DNA from: Naegleria gruberi
Taxonomy: Eukaryota
DNA: 64,000 nucleotides
Assembly: GCA_000004985.1 (NCBI GenBank)
Contig: GG738899.1
Direction: 5' to 3' (one strand)
Shown here: piece after piece, positions 1-11,899 of the stretch
Layout of the letters: each line of letters begins with the position of its first letter
Position numbering within the stretch: the stretch's first letter is position 1
The notes under the pieces: model-generated
Database searches by the model: none
Told to the model about the DNA's origin: nothing
What the model saw: only the letters and a program-made list of their open reading frames with translations
Made by a program: the position numbers and the translations under genes

Positions 1-369
1 CGAACCCAAACCCAAACCCAAACCCAAACCCAAACCCAAACCCAAACCCAAACCCAAACCCAAACCCAAACCCAAACCCAAACCCAAACCCAAACCCAAA
101 CCCAAACCCAAACCCAAACCCAAACCCAAACCCAAACCCAAACCCAAACCCAAACCCAACCCAAACCCAAACCCAAACCCAAACCCAAACCCAAACCCAA
201 ACCCAAACCCAAACCCAAACCCAAACCCAAACCCAAACCCAAACCCAAACCCAAACCCAAACCCAAACCCAAACCCAAACCCAAACCCAAACCCAAACCC
301 AAACCCAAACCCAAACCCAAACCCAAACCCAAACCCAAACCCAAACCCAAACCCAAACCCAAACCCAAA
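1..369. repeat. Terminal telomeric repeat array (CCCAAA)n, about 61 units; C-strand on top means a left chromosome end, G-strand TTTGGG
   Basis: Direct reading: near-perfect hexamer cccaaa from position 1, with one variant cccaac near position 159. The array ends at 369 in a T8 run. Confidence 0.9.
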
Positions 370-590
370 CTTTTTTTTCATCGAGTACCTATTATCTCTA
401 GAACCACTTTGAGTTTTTATTAGCATATAACAGTTTGTCGATGAAATTGTACGCTGATTAACATATATAAGATCCAAGTTTTAAATATTGGCCATTAATA
501 AAATGGTAATGGGTTTTCGCCATACCCAAACCCAAACCCAAACCCAAAACCAAGGAGTTTAGATTGGAATGACTCCAAACCCAAACCCAA
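370..590. repeat. Subtelomeric junction element (~150 bp) ending in an inverted GGGTTTT followed by a short interstitial telomere tract (cccaaa x3-4, interrupted); copy 1
   Basis: ttatctctagaaccactttgag ... aatattggccattaataaaatggtaatgggttttcgccata, then cccaaacccaaacccaaaaccaagg ... ccaaacccaaacccaaacc. A homologous copy lies at 9586-9770. Confidence 0.6.
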
Positions 591-826
591 ACCTTTGATT
601 AATTCTAACCGTTCATCCATACGAATATTTGAATAGAAGTTACACGTTCACAGTGAACAGAATTTTATCATTTTTACAATCCAAACGGTTTTTATTGGCG
701 GGAAAAGGGAGCATTCTATTGTTTGAGGGAGCATTGCAAAAAAGCGGCGTGAACTTTTCAACAGATATCTAGATAGAAAGTATATAGTTTTTTTAAAACT
801 TTACTGAAAAACCTTTCCAAAAGCCC

Positions 827-3517
827 NNNNNNNNNNNNNNNNNNNNNNNNNNNNNNNNNNNNNNNNNNNNNNNNNNNNNNNNNNNNNNNNNNNNNNNNNN
901 NNNNNNNNNNNNNNNNNNNNNNNNNNNNNNNNNNNNNNNNNNNNNNNNNNNNNNNNNNNNNNNNNNNNNNNNNNNNNNNNNNNNNNNNNNNNNNNNNNNN
1001 NNNNNNNNNNNNNNNNNNNNNNNNNNNNNNNNNNNNNNNNNNNNNNNNNNNNNNNNNNNNNNNNNNNNNNNNNNNNNNNNNNNNNNNNNNNNNNNNNNNN
1101 NNNNNNNNNNNNNNNNNNNNNNNNNNNNNNNNNNNNNNNNNNNNNNNNNNNNNNNNNNNNNNNNNNNNNNNNNNNNNNNNNNNNNNNNNNNNNNNNNNNN
1201 NNNNNNNNNNNNNNNNNNNNNNNNNNNNNNNNNNNNNNNNNNNNNNNNNNNNNNNNNNNNNNNNNNNNNNNNNNNNNNNNNNNNNNNNNNNNNNNNNNNN
1301 NNNNNNNNNNNNNNNNNNNNNNNNNNNNNNNNNNNNNNNNNNNNNNNNNNNNNNNNNNNNNNNNNNNNNNNNNNNNNNNNNNNNNNNNNNNNNNNNNNNN
1401 NNNNNNNNNNNNNNNNNNNNNNNNNNNNNNNNNNNNNNNNNNNNNNNNNNNNNNNNNNNNNNNNNNNNNNNNNNNNNNNNNNNNNNNNNNNNNNNNNNNN
1501 NNNNNNNNNNNNNNNNNNNNNNNNNNNNNNNNNNNNNNNNNNNNNNNNNNNNNNNNNNNNNNNNNNNNNNNNNNNNNNNNNNNNNNNNNNNNNNNNNNNN
1601 NNNNNNNNNNNNNNNNNNNNNNNNNNNNNNNNNNNNNNNNNNNNNNNNNNNNNNNNNNNNNNNNNNNNNNNNNNNNNNNNNNNNNNNNNNNNNNNNNNNN
1701 NNNNNNNNNNNNNNNNNNNNNNNNNNNNNNNNNNNNNNNNNNNNNNNNNNNNNNNNNNNNNNNNNNNNNNNNNNNNNNNNNNNNNNNNNNNNNNNNNNNN
1801 NNNNNNNNNNNNNNNNNNNNNNNNNNNNNNNNNNNNNNNNNNNNNNNNNNNNNNNNNNNNNNNNNNNNNNNNNNNNNNNNNNNNNNNNNNNNNNNNNNNN
1901 NNNNNNNNNNNNNNNNNNNNNNNNNNNNNNNNNNNNNNNNNNNNNNNNNNNNNNNNNNNNNNNNNNNNNNNNNNNNNNNNNNNNNNNNNNNNNNNNNNNN
2001 NNNNNNNNNNNNNNNNNNNNNNNNNNNNNNNNNNNNNNNNNNNNNNNNNNNNNNNNNNNNNNNNNNNNNNNNNNNNNNNNNNNNNNNNNNNNNNNNNNNN
2101 NNNNNNNNNNNNNNNNNNNNNNNNNNNNNNNNNNNNNNNNNNNNNNNNNNNNNNNNNNNNNNNNNNNNNNNNNNNNNNNNNNNNNNNNNNNNNNNNNNNN
2201 NNNNNNNNNNNNNNNNNNNNNNNNNNNNNNNNNNNNNNNNNNNNNNNNNNNNNNNNNNNNNNNNNNNNNNNNNNNNNNNNNNNNNNNNNNNNNNNNNNNN
2301 NNNNNNNNNNNNNNNNNNNNNNNNNNNNNNNNNNNNNNNNNNNNNNNNNNNNNNNNNNNNNNNNNNNNNNNNNNNNNNNNNNNNNNNNNNNNNNNNNNNN
2401 NNNNNNNNNNNNNNNNNNNNNNNNNNNNNNNNNNNNNNNNNNNNNNNNNNNNNNNNNNNNNNNNNNNNNNNNNNNNNNNNNNNNNNNNNNNNNNNNNNNN
2501 NNNNNNNNNNNNNNNNNNNNNNNNNNNNNNNNNNNNNNNNNNNNNNNNNNNNNNNNNNNNNNNNNNNNNNNNNNNNNNNNNNNNNNNNNNNNNNNNNNNN
2601 NNNNNNNNNNNNNNNNNNNNNNNNNNNNNNNNNNNNNNNNNNNNNNNNNNNNNNNNNNNNNNNNNNNNNNNNNNNNNNNNNNNNNNNNNNNNNNNNNNNN
2701 NNNNNNNNNNNNNNNNNNNNNNNNNNNNNNNNNNNNNNNNNNNNNNNNNNNNNNNNNNNNNNNNNNNNNNNNNNNNNNNNNNNNNNNNNNNNNNNNNNNN
2801 NNNNNNNNNNNNNNNNNNNNNNNNNNNNNNNNNNNNNNNNNNNNNNNNNNNNNNNNNNNNNNNNNNNNNNNNNNNNNNNNNNNNNNNNNNNNNNNNNNNN
2901 NNNNNNNNNNNNNNNNNNNNNNNNNNNNNNNNNNNNNNNNNNNNNNNNNNNNNNNNNNNNNNNNNNNNNNNNNNNNNNNNNNNNNNNNNNNNNNNNNNNN
3001 NNNNNNNNNNNNNNNNNNNNNNNNNNNNNNNNNNNNNNNNNNNNNNNNNNNNNNNNNNNNNNNNNNNNNNNNNNNNNNNNNNNNNNNNNNNNNNNNNNNN
3101 NNNNNNNNNNNNNNNNNNNNNNNNNNNNNNNNNNNNNNNNNNNNNNNNNNNNNNNNNNNNNNNNNNNNNNNNNNNNNNNNNNNNNNNNNNNNNNNNNNNN
3201 NNNNNNNNNNNNNNNNNNNNNNNNNNNNNNNNNNNNNNNNNNNNNNNNNNNNNNNNNNNNNNNNNNNNNNNNNNNNNNNNNNNNNNNNNNNNNNNNNNNN
3301 NNNNNNNNNNNNNNNNNNNNNNNNNNNNNNNNNNNNNNNNNNNNNNNNNNNNNNNNNNNNNNNNNNNNNNNNNNNNNNNNNNNNNNNNNNNNNNNNNNNN
3401 NNNNNNNNNNNNNNNNNNNNNNNNNNNNNNNNNNNNNNNNNNNNNNNNNNNNNNNNNNNNNNNNNNNNNNNNNNNNNNNNNNNNNNNNNNNNNNNNNNNN
3501 NNNNNNNNNNNNNNNNN
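827..3517. other. Assembly gap (run of N, ~2.7 kb)
   Basis: Contiguous n characters. ORF 793..3933 is an artefact of translating the N run and the telomere repeats. Confidence 0.99.
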
Positions 3518-3897
3518 AAACCCAAACCCATTCCCAAACCCAAACCCAAACCCAAACCCAAACGCGAACCCAAACCCAAACCCAAACCCAAACCCAAACC
3601 CAAACCCAAACCCAAACCCAAACCCAAACCCAAACCCAAACCCAAACCCAAACCCAAACCCAAACCCAAACCCAAACCCAAACCCAAACCCAAACCCAAA
3701 CCCAAACCCAAACCCAAACCCAAACCCAAACCCAAACCCAAACCCAAACCCAAACCCAAACCCAAACCCAAACCCAAACCCAAACCCAAACCCAAACCCA
3801 AACCCAAACCCAAACCCAAACCCAAACCCAAACCCAAACCCAAACCCAAACCCAAACCCAAACCCAAACCCAAACCCAAACCCAAACCCAAACCCAG
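3518..3897. repeat. Second (CCCAAA)n telomeric block (~63 units with a few variant units), followed at 3898-3950 by degenerate telomere-like units (aaacccaacc, aaaccctagccc)
   Basis: Direct reading. Variant units: cccattccc at ~3530 and aaacgcgaaccc at ~3563. Same orientation as the terminal array. Confidence 0.85.
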
Positions 3898-3959
3898 AAC
3901 TAAAAATAGAATTCTTCTAAACCCAACCTTCAAACCCTAGCCCAAAATTATAAACTTAT

Positions 3960-4790
3960 TCAAATATCATTAAATTTTATATCATTCGATTGTAAATGAT
4001 GAGTAGAACAACGTGTTATATTTAGTTTTTCAATTTATAAAATATTAACTTTGTAAATAATATCAGATTAAAAATTTGTAAAAAGAAACCATAGGAAGAA
4101 TGATAATTTCAAAATCCTTTAATGAGATTATATAGTCTATATCATCATTAACAACATTTATAATCACTTCCATATCAAATTTCAAAAGTTCAAGTCTGTA
4201 GATATAAAAGTATCAAGTGAAAAGGGAAGTTGTGAGGTAAAAGAGGTCGACTATAACTTTTGAGTTTCTCATCAAAACATATTGAATCCTGACATGAAAA
4301 TGTTCCATTTGATGAGTAAACATCGAATATCAAATTTATTTTAACTTTCATATTTAAAGATTTCTTCCCTCAACCATCATGGTCAACTAGGGATGAAAAG
4401 GATGAAATCTTGAAAAAGGACCACCTATTGAAACTTTACCAAAATGATGTACATGATCTATAATGATATAGAATTCAATTTCATATCATAAAAATCAGAA
4501 ATGGTATCATGGGAAGGTAAATGTTGATATTTTATGGTTGACTTTAGAGAAAGACAAGTCAGACCAAGTCAATCAAATACATCACTTCAATCAACAAAAT
4601 ATACATGAAAATGCTCCATTCGATGAGTAGAGATAGATTATAAAGTTTATTTTAACTTTCATATTCATGATTTCAACTCTGACATACCATTCAGTCAACT
4701 GAGGGACATGAATGAAAATCTGGAAAATGACCACTCTATGAAACCTTACCATCATGATCTATATCACAAATAATGTTGTAGAGTTCAATT
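3960..4790. repeat. Subtelomeric repeat R750 copy 1, with internal ~230-bp subrepeats carrying the motif atgagta[ag]...atcgaatatcaaatttattttaactttcata
   Basis: ~90% identical to 11925-12700. Shared strings include aactttgtaaataat[ag]tcagattaaaaatt, ataaaagtatcaagtgaaaagggaag and gtgaggtaaaagaggtc[ga]actataacttttgagtttctcatcaaaacatattgaatcct. The internal subrepeat 4290-4440 resembles 4600-4760. Confidence 0.8.
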
Positions 4791-4924
4791 TGAGATGTTT
4801 ATAAGGTAATTTGTCTTTATAGGAAGGTAAATGTCTATATTCAAGGTCGGCCAAGTTCCTACCAGTACAGAAACCAAAAATTAAATAAGGCAAGAATTTA
4901 ATAAAGCCGAAGACCATCAAAAAA

Positions 4925-7070
4925 ATGAAAAGAAATCCCAAAGGGTTCTTGTCATCTGATGATGATGACGAACTTGTGGTGCGTTTGTCTGAAGAGCCTG
5001 TAGAAAATGACGATGACATTGAGTTGCCAAGAGATGATGAAAGTGATTCCGATGATGAACTAGACAGTGCCTTCACATCTATAATGTATGGAAATGATGA
5101 TGATGGTGAAAATATCATTGTGGAAAATCATNNNNNNNNNNNNNNNNNNNNNNNNNNNNNNNNNNNNNNNNNNNNNNNNNNNNNNNNNNNNNNNNNNNNN
5201 NNNNNNNNNNNNNNNNNNNNNNNNNNNNNNNNNNNNNNNNNNNNNNNNNNNNNNNNNNNNNNNNNNNNNNNNNNNNNNNNNNNNNNNNNNNNNNNNNNNN
5301 NNNNNNNNNNNNNNNNNNNNNNNNNNNNNNNNNNNNNNNNNNNNNNNNNNNNNNNNNNNNNNNNNNNNNNNNNNNNNNNNNNNNNNNNNNNNNNNNNNNN
5401 NNNNNNNNNNNNNNNNNNNNNNNNNNNNNNNNNNNNNNNNNNNNNNNNNNNNNNNNNNNNNNNNNNNNNNNNNNNNNNNNNNNNNNNNNNNNNNNNNNNN
5501 NNNNNNNNNNNNNNNNNNNNNNNNNNNNNNNNNNNNNNNNNNNNNNNNNNNNNNNNNNNNNNNNNNNNNNNNNNNNNNNNNNNNNNNNNNNNNNNNNNNN
5601 NNNNNNNNNNNNNNNNNNNNNNNNNNNNNNNNNNNNNNNNNNNNNNNNNNNNNNNNNNNNNNNNNNNNNNNNNNNNNNNNNNNNNNNNNNNNNNNNNNNN
5701 NNNNNNNNNNNNNNNNNNNNNNNNNNNNNNNNNNNNNNNNNNNNNNNNNNNNNNNNNNNNNNNNNNNNNNNNNNNNNNNNNNNNNNNNNNNNNNNNNNNN
5801 NNNNNNNNNNNNNNNNNNNNNNNNNNNNNNTCTGAGGATCCCATTGAGAGGAGATTCGATTTCATTCATTAGATTGAGAGACATTTCTTTCGAAATTGTA
5901 ACAGATGATGAATTAGATGATGGTACATTCACCATTAATTGTAATATGATCATCAGAAAGGAAAAACATATTGGGGAAGATAATGATCGTGAATTCAGAT
6001 TGTATGGTAAGAAGGATCAGAAATACTGTCCTGTATTCAATTTAATTAATTACCTATTTAGAAGAACTCCTAATCCATTTGAAGAATATCAGAAAGGAAT
6101 GAGTTTCAAATCTTTCTTATGCAAGCGAAACTTCAACCTGAATTCAAGTTTGAGTGAACAACCCCTTTTTACTCAAAAAGAATCAAGTAATCCAGCCACC
6201 TCCAAAGATCTTTCAAATTGGTTGAAGAATTCTTCCAGAGACAAATTGGGAATTACTTACTCCATGAGATCATTGAGATCCGGTTGTATAATCTTACTAT
6301 ATGCTACATTATGCATTATCAAAGGAACTCCAACTCTTGAAACAGGAGCATCCATTCCAATTAGAGCAATAGTTGGTCATATGAGAGACGAATCTATCAA
6401 ATTTTATATCAGAAAAGCTGTCACTCTCTGCCATAATTTTACTGACCTACAAGATGGTATCTCCGCAAAGAAATTGGATATTAATGATGTTGAACTTAAT
6501 TATTGTTTGACTATTCAGAAGTGTTGCTCTCATTCTGAATACTTAAAATGTCCTGAGTTTATTTCAAATTATATTAAGAACAATAAGGTTGATAGAAGAA
6601 CTTGGATTCCAAGAGGTAGGCCTCATTCTAATCCAAATTTAAAGAACCAACGCCACAGAGCTGCCACTGATATGAAAAAGTACATAATTGCAAATTATCC
6701 AATGCTAAATCTTGGAGATCCAGCTTTAAAAAGGAAAGATGTAGCATGGGAATCATTCTTTGCAGCATGTGGAACATTCATTACTGAAAATGAATTAGAT
6801 ATTGACCCGTATGCCGATTTATCCAAAGCTCAAAAACGAGATAGAAGAAACAAAATGTCTGCTTTGAAAAAGTGCCTTAATATTCTTTATGATGAAAGAG
6901 ATGATGATTTAAAGACCAAAAGTCAATCTAGATTGGATGAAATCATCGTTGGAGCTGAAGCTAATTGGGAGATTCCACAGAGTGCATATAATCCAAAATC
7001 CAAGAAGAGAAAGGTTGTTGCGGAATCTGAATCTGAATCTGAATCTGAATCTGAATCTGAATCTGAATGA
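4925..7070 (+). mobile_element. Crypton-like tyrosine recombinase gene, interrupted by an N-gap at 5132-5830. Acidic N-terminus, a tyrosine-recombinase catalytic domain, a KKRK nuclear-localisation signal, and an (ES)n tail encoded by (gaatct)8
   Basis: After the gap the ORF reads ...SMRSLRSGCIILLYATLCIIKGTPTLETGASIPIRAIVGHMRDESIKFYIRKA. This aligns motif-by-motif to the Cre/integrase box II region (HxxR...GxSIPxI...G[HW]...Y catalytic tyrosine). Upstream is a candidate box I / beta-hairpin Lys (REFRLYGKKDQKYCPVFNL). No reverse transcriptase or RNase H lies nearby, which argues against a DIRS element. Confidence 0.55.
5132..5830. other. Assembly gap (N run)
   Basis: n characters. All ORFs spanning it (5060..5953, 5128..5865 and the central part of 5088..7070) are artefactual in the X region. 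Confidence 0.99.
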
Positions 7071-7074
7071 CTAA

Positions 7075-7683
7075 NNNNNNNNNNNNNNNNNNNNNNNNNN
7101 NNNNNNNNNNNNNNNNNNNNNNNNNNNNNNNNNNNNNNNNNNNNNNNNNNNNNNNNNNNNNNNNNNNNNNNNNNNNNNNNNNNNNNNNNNNNNNNNNNNN
7201 NNNNNNNNNNNNNNNNNNNNNNNNNNNNNNNNNNNNNNNNNNNNNNNNNNNNNNNNNNNNNNNNNNNNNNNNNNNNNNNNNNNNNNNNNNNNNNNNNNNN
7301 NNNNNNNNNNNNNNNNNNNNNNNNNNNNNNNNNNNNNNNNNNNNNNNNNNNNNNNNNNNNNNNNNNNNNNNNNNNNNNNNNNNNNNNNNNNNNNNNNNNN
7401 NNNNNNNNNNNNNNNNNNNNNNNNNNNNNNNNNNNNNNNNNNNNNNNNNNNNNNNNNNNNNNNNNNNNNNNNNNNNNNNNNNNNNNNNNNNNNNNNNNNN
7501 NNNNNNNNNNNNNNNNNNNNNNNNNNNNNNNNNNNNNNNNNNNNNNNNNNNNNNNNNNNNNNNNNNNNNNNNNNNNNNNNNNNNNNNNNNNNNNNNNNNN
7601 NNNNNNNNNNNNNNNNNNNNNNNNNNNNNNNNNNNNNNNNNNNNNNNNNNNNNNNNNNNNNNNNNNNNNNNNNNNNNNNNNNN
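7075..7683. other. Assembly gap (N run)
   Basis: n characters. ORFs 6923..7690, 7067..7774 and 7071..7787 are artefacts. Confidence 0.99.
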
Positions 7684-8820
7684 ATACCAATTTGCATATT
7701 CTGTATCAATTTTACAGTGGTTGGCCAGTTTCCAAGGTCACTTATTAAGAAATGGTCAATTAACTTGCAAGTGACCCTTCCGGACACTTACAGTCACCAA
7801 AAACTATACCAATCAACTCTACTCATCGTCAACTACATTTTGATATATAATTTATTGACTGGTATGATACTTTCATATATGGTCATCTCAGCCCTCTAAC
7901 CTCCCATAGTAACTAAGGTATATACAGATCTCAATTTCCAGTGAGTGAATTTTAATTCTTTCAACTGTACCATGTTCCTGACATCAATTAGTGTATTCTA
8001 TATCAATTACATATGAATTGGTGATGTTTCCATTGACTTGAGTATACCTTGATTTGGTACCTTACCAAATATGGAAATGATGATATCTCTACTTCTACTG
8101 AATAGATTTGAATTGTTTCAACTCCAATACATTGCAAATATCATATAATATATTATGTATCATTTTCACTGTGGTCGGCAAGGTTTCAAGGGTAGGTCAT
8201 TAAGGATGGCCAATTGACTAACAAGTGACACTTCTAGACATTAACAGTCACAAATATCAATATCAATCACCTCCACTCACTGTCAGCAACATTTTGATAT
8301 ATAATTTATTGACTGGTATGATACTTTCATATATGGTAATTTCAGCCCTCAATCCATCCCATAGTACCTTAGGTATATACAGATCTCAACAAGTACTCAT
8401 CGAAATTAAATTCTGTCAACGCCAATCGATTTCTAACATCTAATTATGTATCGTGTATCAATTTCATATGAATTGGTGATGTTTCCATTGACTTTATTAT
8501 ACCTTGATTTGGTACCTTACCAAATATGGAAATGATGATATCTCCATTTCTACTGAGTAGATTTGAAATATTACAACTTCAATATGTTTAAAATATCGTC
8601 AGCAACATTTTGATATATAATTTATTGAGTGAAGTGATACTTTCATATATGGTAATTTCAGCCCTCAATCCATCCCATAGTACCTTAGGTTTATACATAT
8701 CTCAACAACTACTGAATAGATTTGAATTCTTTCAACACCAATCGACTTCTAACCTCAAATTATGTATCGTGTATCAATTTCATATGAATTGGTGATGTTT
8801 CCATTGACTTCAGTATTCCA
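7684..8820. repeat. Tandem satellite with a ~450-bp period (about 2.5 units)
   Basis: Three recurrences of the block: a first unit spanning about 7690-8140 that closes with ...aaatatggaaatgatgatatctc[tc]a[ct]ttctactga[ag]tagatttgaa; a core acattttgatatataatttattgactggtatgatactttcatatatggt[ac]at[ct]tcagccctc found at 7836, 8289 and 8607; and gtatcaatt[at]catatgaattggtgatgtttccattgactt found at ~8005, ~8455 and ~8770. Confidence 0.8.
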
Positions 8821-9585
8821 TTACATTCCCACAGCAGGATTTGAAGGATTCACCCTAATTGATTATATCCCTATGTACATGATTAATTTCAATTATTTCA
8901 ATTAGATATTATAAATCATGATGGTTAGACATGCAGGAATGAGTGGAATCAAGTCAAGTAAGACATTCATCCTTCAATTACCAATATTGTCAATTTCACA
9001 CAAGTTGACTTCCAAAAGTCTGCATATGGATCCAAACATGGTTTTTTCAATTATATATGATTATCATTGATATTAACTACAATTTCTAGGAGTTTAATAA
9101 ATTAGTATAGTGTTTCCATAGTATGGCTCAATATCTTGGTCAATTAAGGTAGAATGAGTACATTATACTAAGGATATAATATATTATACTCCCAACACTT
9201 CTACAAGGTAGATATCATCATTATACATCATATATATGAGATTGGTGATGATTCTAATAACATTCATATAATAGTACAATAAATGTTGAAAAGTTAATTT
9301 TAAGACATGTTGTAACTTATTAAATACACCGATTCAACATGATTAATTCATAATATCATATATTCATACATATATCTACAATATATTAAAATTTACATTT
9401 CAACCCAACTTTGAAATTTTAGACCTACTAGGGTAAAAACCTTAATATTTCAGGCAGTGCCTTATTATTTTTGAACGCAATGATATTTTTCAAATTTATT
9501 TGCGAATATAGTCAACTCATATTTATATCTACTACATATATTTAATCCAGACCGGCGATCTCCATATTCATAGAGTAATACCGGG

Positions 9586-9770
9586 AAAACCTAACTTTTA
9601 TTTTATCAGAGTTGATTATCTCTATAACTACTTTGAGATATGACTGCTTCGTTACAATATAAGCTTTTTATTTATATTTGAATGACATATATGAAATTCA
9701 GATACTCAATATTGGCCGTTCGTTAGTCGTCGATGGGTTTTCGTCTAACCCAAACCCAAACCCAAACCCA
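9586..9770. repeat. Junction element copy 2 plus a short interstitial telomere tract (taacccaaacccaaacccaaacccaatc)
   Basis: ttatctctataactactttgag ... aatattggccgttcgttagtcgtcgatgggttttcgtctaacccaaacccaaaccc matches 370-545, including the inverted gggtttt immediately before the cccaaa units. Confidence 0.6.
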
Positions 9771-11850
9771 ATCTTGAATATAGAAAACCACATCCTCAAT
9801 CAACAAAATACATATCAATCGATTGGAAATCATTAGTACATCTCGAAAATATCATTTATTTTATGTTTTGAAATCTCTCCTTTACCTCTTTTGGTCAATT
9901 AAGACAATTAAGGATGAGACTATAGGAAAAGTTACCAATCTCAAAATAAATGATAATATCGTGTTCCGCATCTCAAATAAAGTGGACTTTCTTCAAATTA
10001 TATATTTTCATTTCAATAAATGCATCCGTTAGATAGTACATGGTGATATTTCAATGGAATGGATGGAAATCTGAAGGATATAGAAACAACTCCATTTTCA
10101 CTGAAATTGATTTCATGACATGTAGACACTCTAATTAGTATATGGTATCAATTTTATGAATATTGGTTCAGTAGATGTCGACTTGTCAACTCTATCAATT
10201 TACTATAGACATTTGACATGATGTCATAGATTACACTCCAACTCACTCACTTTACATACAGTCAATCTAGAATTGATACCACATAGAGTATACATAAGTT
10301 AAATACACTGTATATAGTTTGGAAACAATTCGTATTACTTACAATTAGTCAGTCAGTTAATGTTCAATGTCAAAAGTGATTATATCCAAGTGTACACTCT
10401 ATCTCAATGAATGTACATCCTATCATCATGTAACTTTACCAGATACGTTTAATCATACTATTATACATATGGTATCAATTTAAGTCTATTAGAGTTGAAT
10501 TCAGTATGATAATAATAACAATCTGCCAAATTGTCAGATTTCAACATATAGAATATACTCCATCTCATTCATTTTACAAAATATCATACAAGTATCAAAT
10601 ATGAATACACTCTTCTTGGTGAGGAGAACAATCTGTGAGAGTTTCATATTGATGGCTCAATATCTTCAACTCAAGAACATCTAAGGTAATAAATAGGGAA
10701 GAATCTTAATTCCAAAATTAAATTTTACTATCATATCAAAATCATTGAATAATGAATTATTTATACAAGAATAATATATTCAATTGTTATACTCATGTCA
10801 GTAATCAGTGAAGGTGATACTTCTTCAACAGTAGTTTTCACATCTCAATATGTAGACAGTCAATTCCACTGAAACTTGAAATATTACCTATCTAGATGAT
10901 ATCATGATGACTCTCCATTGTAACATGCATGTGAAATTGAATGTTGACAGTTTACATCTTGTTATATTTATAGAGATGGTATCCAACAGAGTCAGTTCAT
11001 AATATTAAATATTGAAACTCATTCTGTATGACATGTTTGATGTATAGAACGGTTTTTTATTGAATATAATCAGTTTGAAATAATTTGATGAAATTGACAC
11101 TGTCTAGTCACCATTACATAACAAATAGACCATAGTTTACATTCCATCTCAGTCATTTCAACGAGTTATTGATTAATTCCACCACCATTATGTTTCTCAT
11201 ACATTGTAGTTCAGTTTGTATTTCAAGAGTGATTTCTGTGTAGATTATTATAATCGTAATACCTTGCAATACCAATAAAACTCAATAGAAGAGTTAATTC
11301 TTCTGATTTTCAAATAGATTATTCAATATAGAACACATCTAGATAGTTTCCATATCATAAAAGTCAAGATACTATATATGGTCTTTGATTAAATTTAAAA
11401 ATAGACTGCCGTTAATTACTGGAATATTAATTCAAAGCTTGTTGATCAAGCTATTGATTGAAATCAAACCGATTATTGAATATTGATCATTGAATTGGTG
11501 AATAATCACTCTTGATAATGTTACTTATTCATATTGCATGCAAATCAACCTGATTCAATCTACAAAGGTTGGTAGTTGCACCACTTCGTGGCGAAACTAC
11601 CATTCCACGATGAATCAACATAAGAATCACTTCCATTCAACTCAATTTGACCGTTATAATCAATAAATCAATGAAATGTTCCTTTATTAGCAATACCTAT
11701 TCAATCTAACGAGTAGATTCACGTCCCAAACATTTGACTTCTCAACGTCCATAATTCAAAAGTTAGTACTGACCTGACCTTTAAATATCTATCAACACAA
11801 GAAATGAAACCATCAAATTTACATCATTAATAGATCATAAGAATTATAAT
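9770..11850. repeat. Subtelomeric segmental repeat R2k, copy A
   Basis: Long collinear identity with 13055-15500. For example, atcttgaatatagaaaaccacatcctcaatcaacaaaatacatatcaatcgattggaaatcattagtacatctcgaaaatatcatttattttatgtt corresponds to 13055ff. Further anchors are at ~11220 (ttcaagagtgatttctgtgtagattattataatcg), ~11560 (gttggtagttgcaccacttcgtggcgaaactacc) and ~11700. Confidence 0.8.
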
Positions 11851-11899
11851 CAATGATATGAATCTTCACTAAGTAATCTCTTAAATAACCCAAATAAAT

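Noticed and set aside
1-369. Assigning the locus to a bdelloid rotifer on the basis of gene content
   Set aside because: Published bdelloid telomere-associated repeats are TGTGGG-type as far as I recall, not TTTGGG. Paramecium-type T3G3 is excluded because TAA/TAG clearly act as stops here. The taxon is left unassigned.
793-3933. 1046-aa ORF on the minus strand translating to (GL)n and X runs
   Set aside because: It is a translation of the telomere hexamer repeat and the N-gap, not a gene.
5060-7787. Several ORFs consisting largely of X residues (5060..5953, 5128..5865, 6923..7690, 7067..7774, 7071..7787)
   Set aside because: They span assembly gaps. Only the non-gap part of 5088..7070 is interpretable.
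7684-8820. Possibility that the regular repeats are a CRISPR array
   Set aside because: This is a eukaryotic genome. The units are ~450 bp without a short repeat-spacer organisation, so they are satellite DNA.
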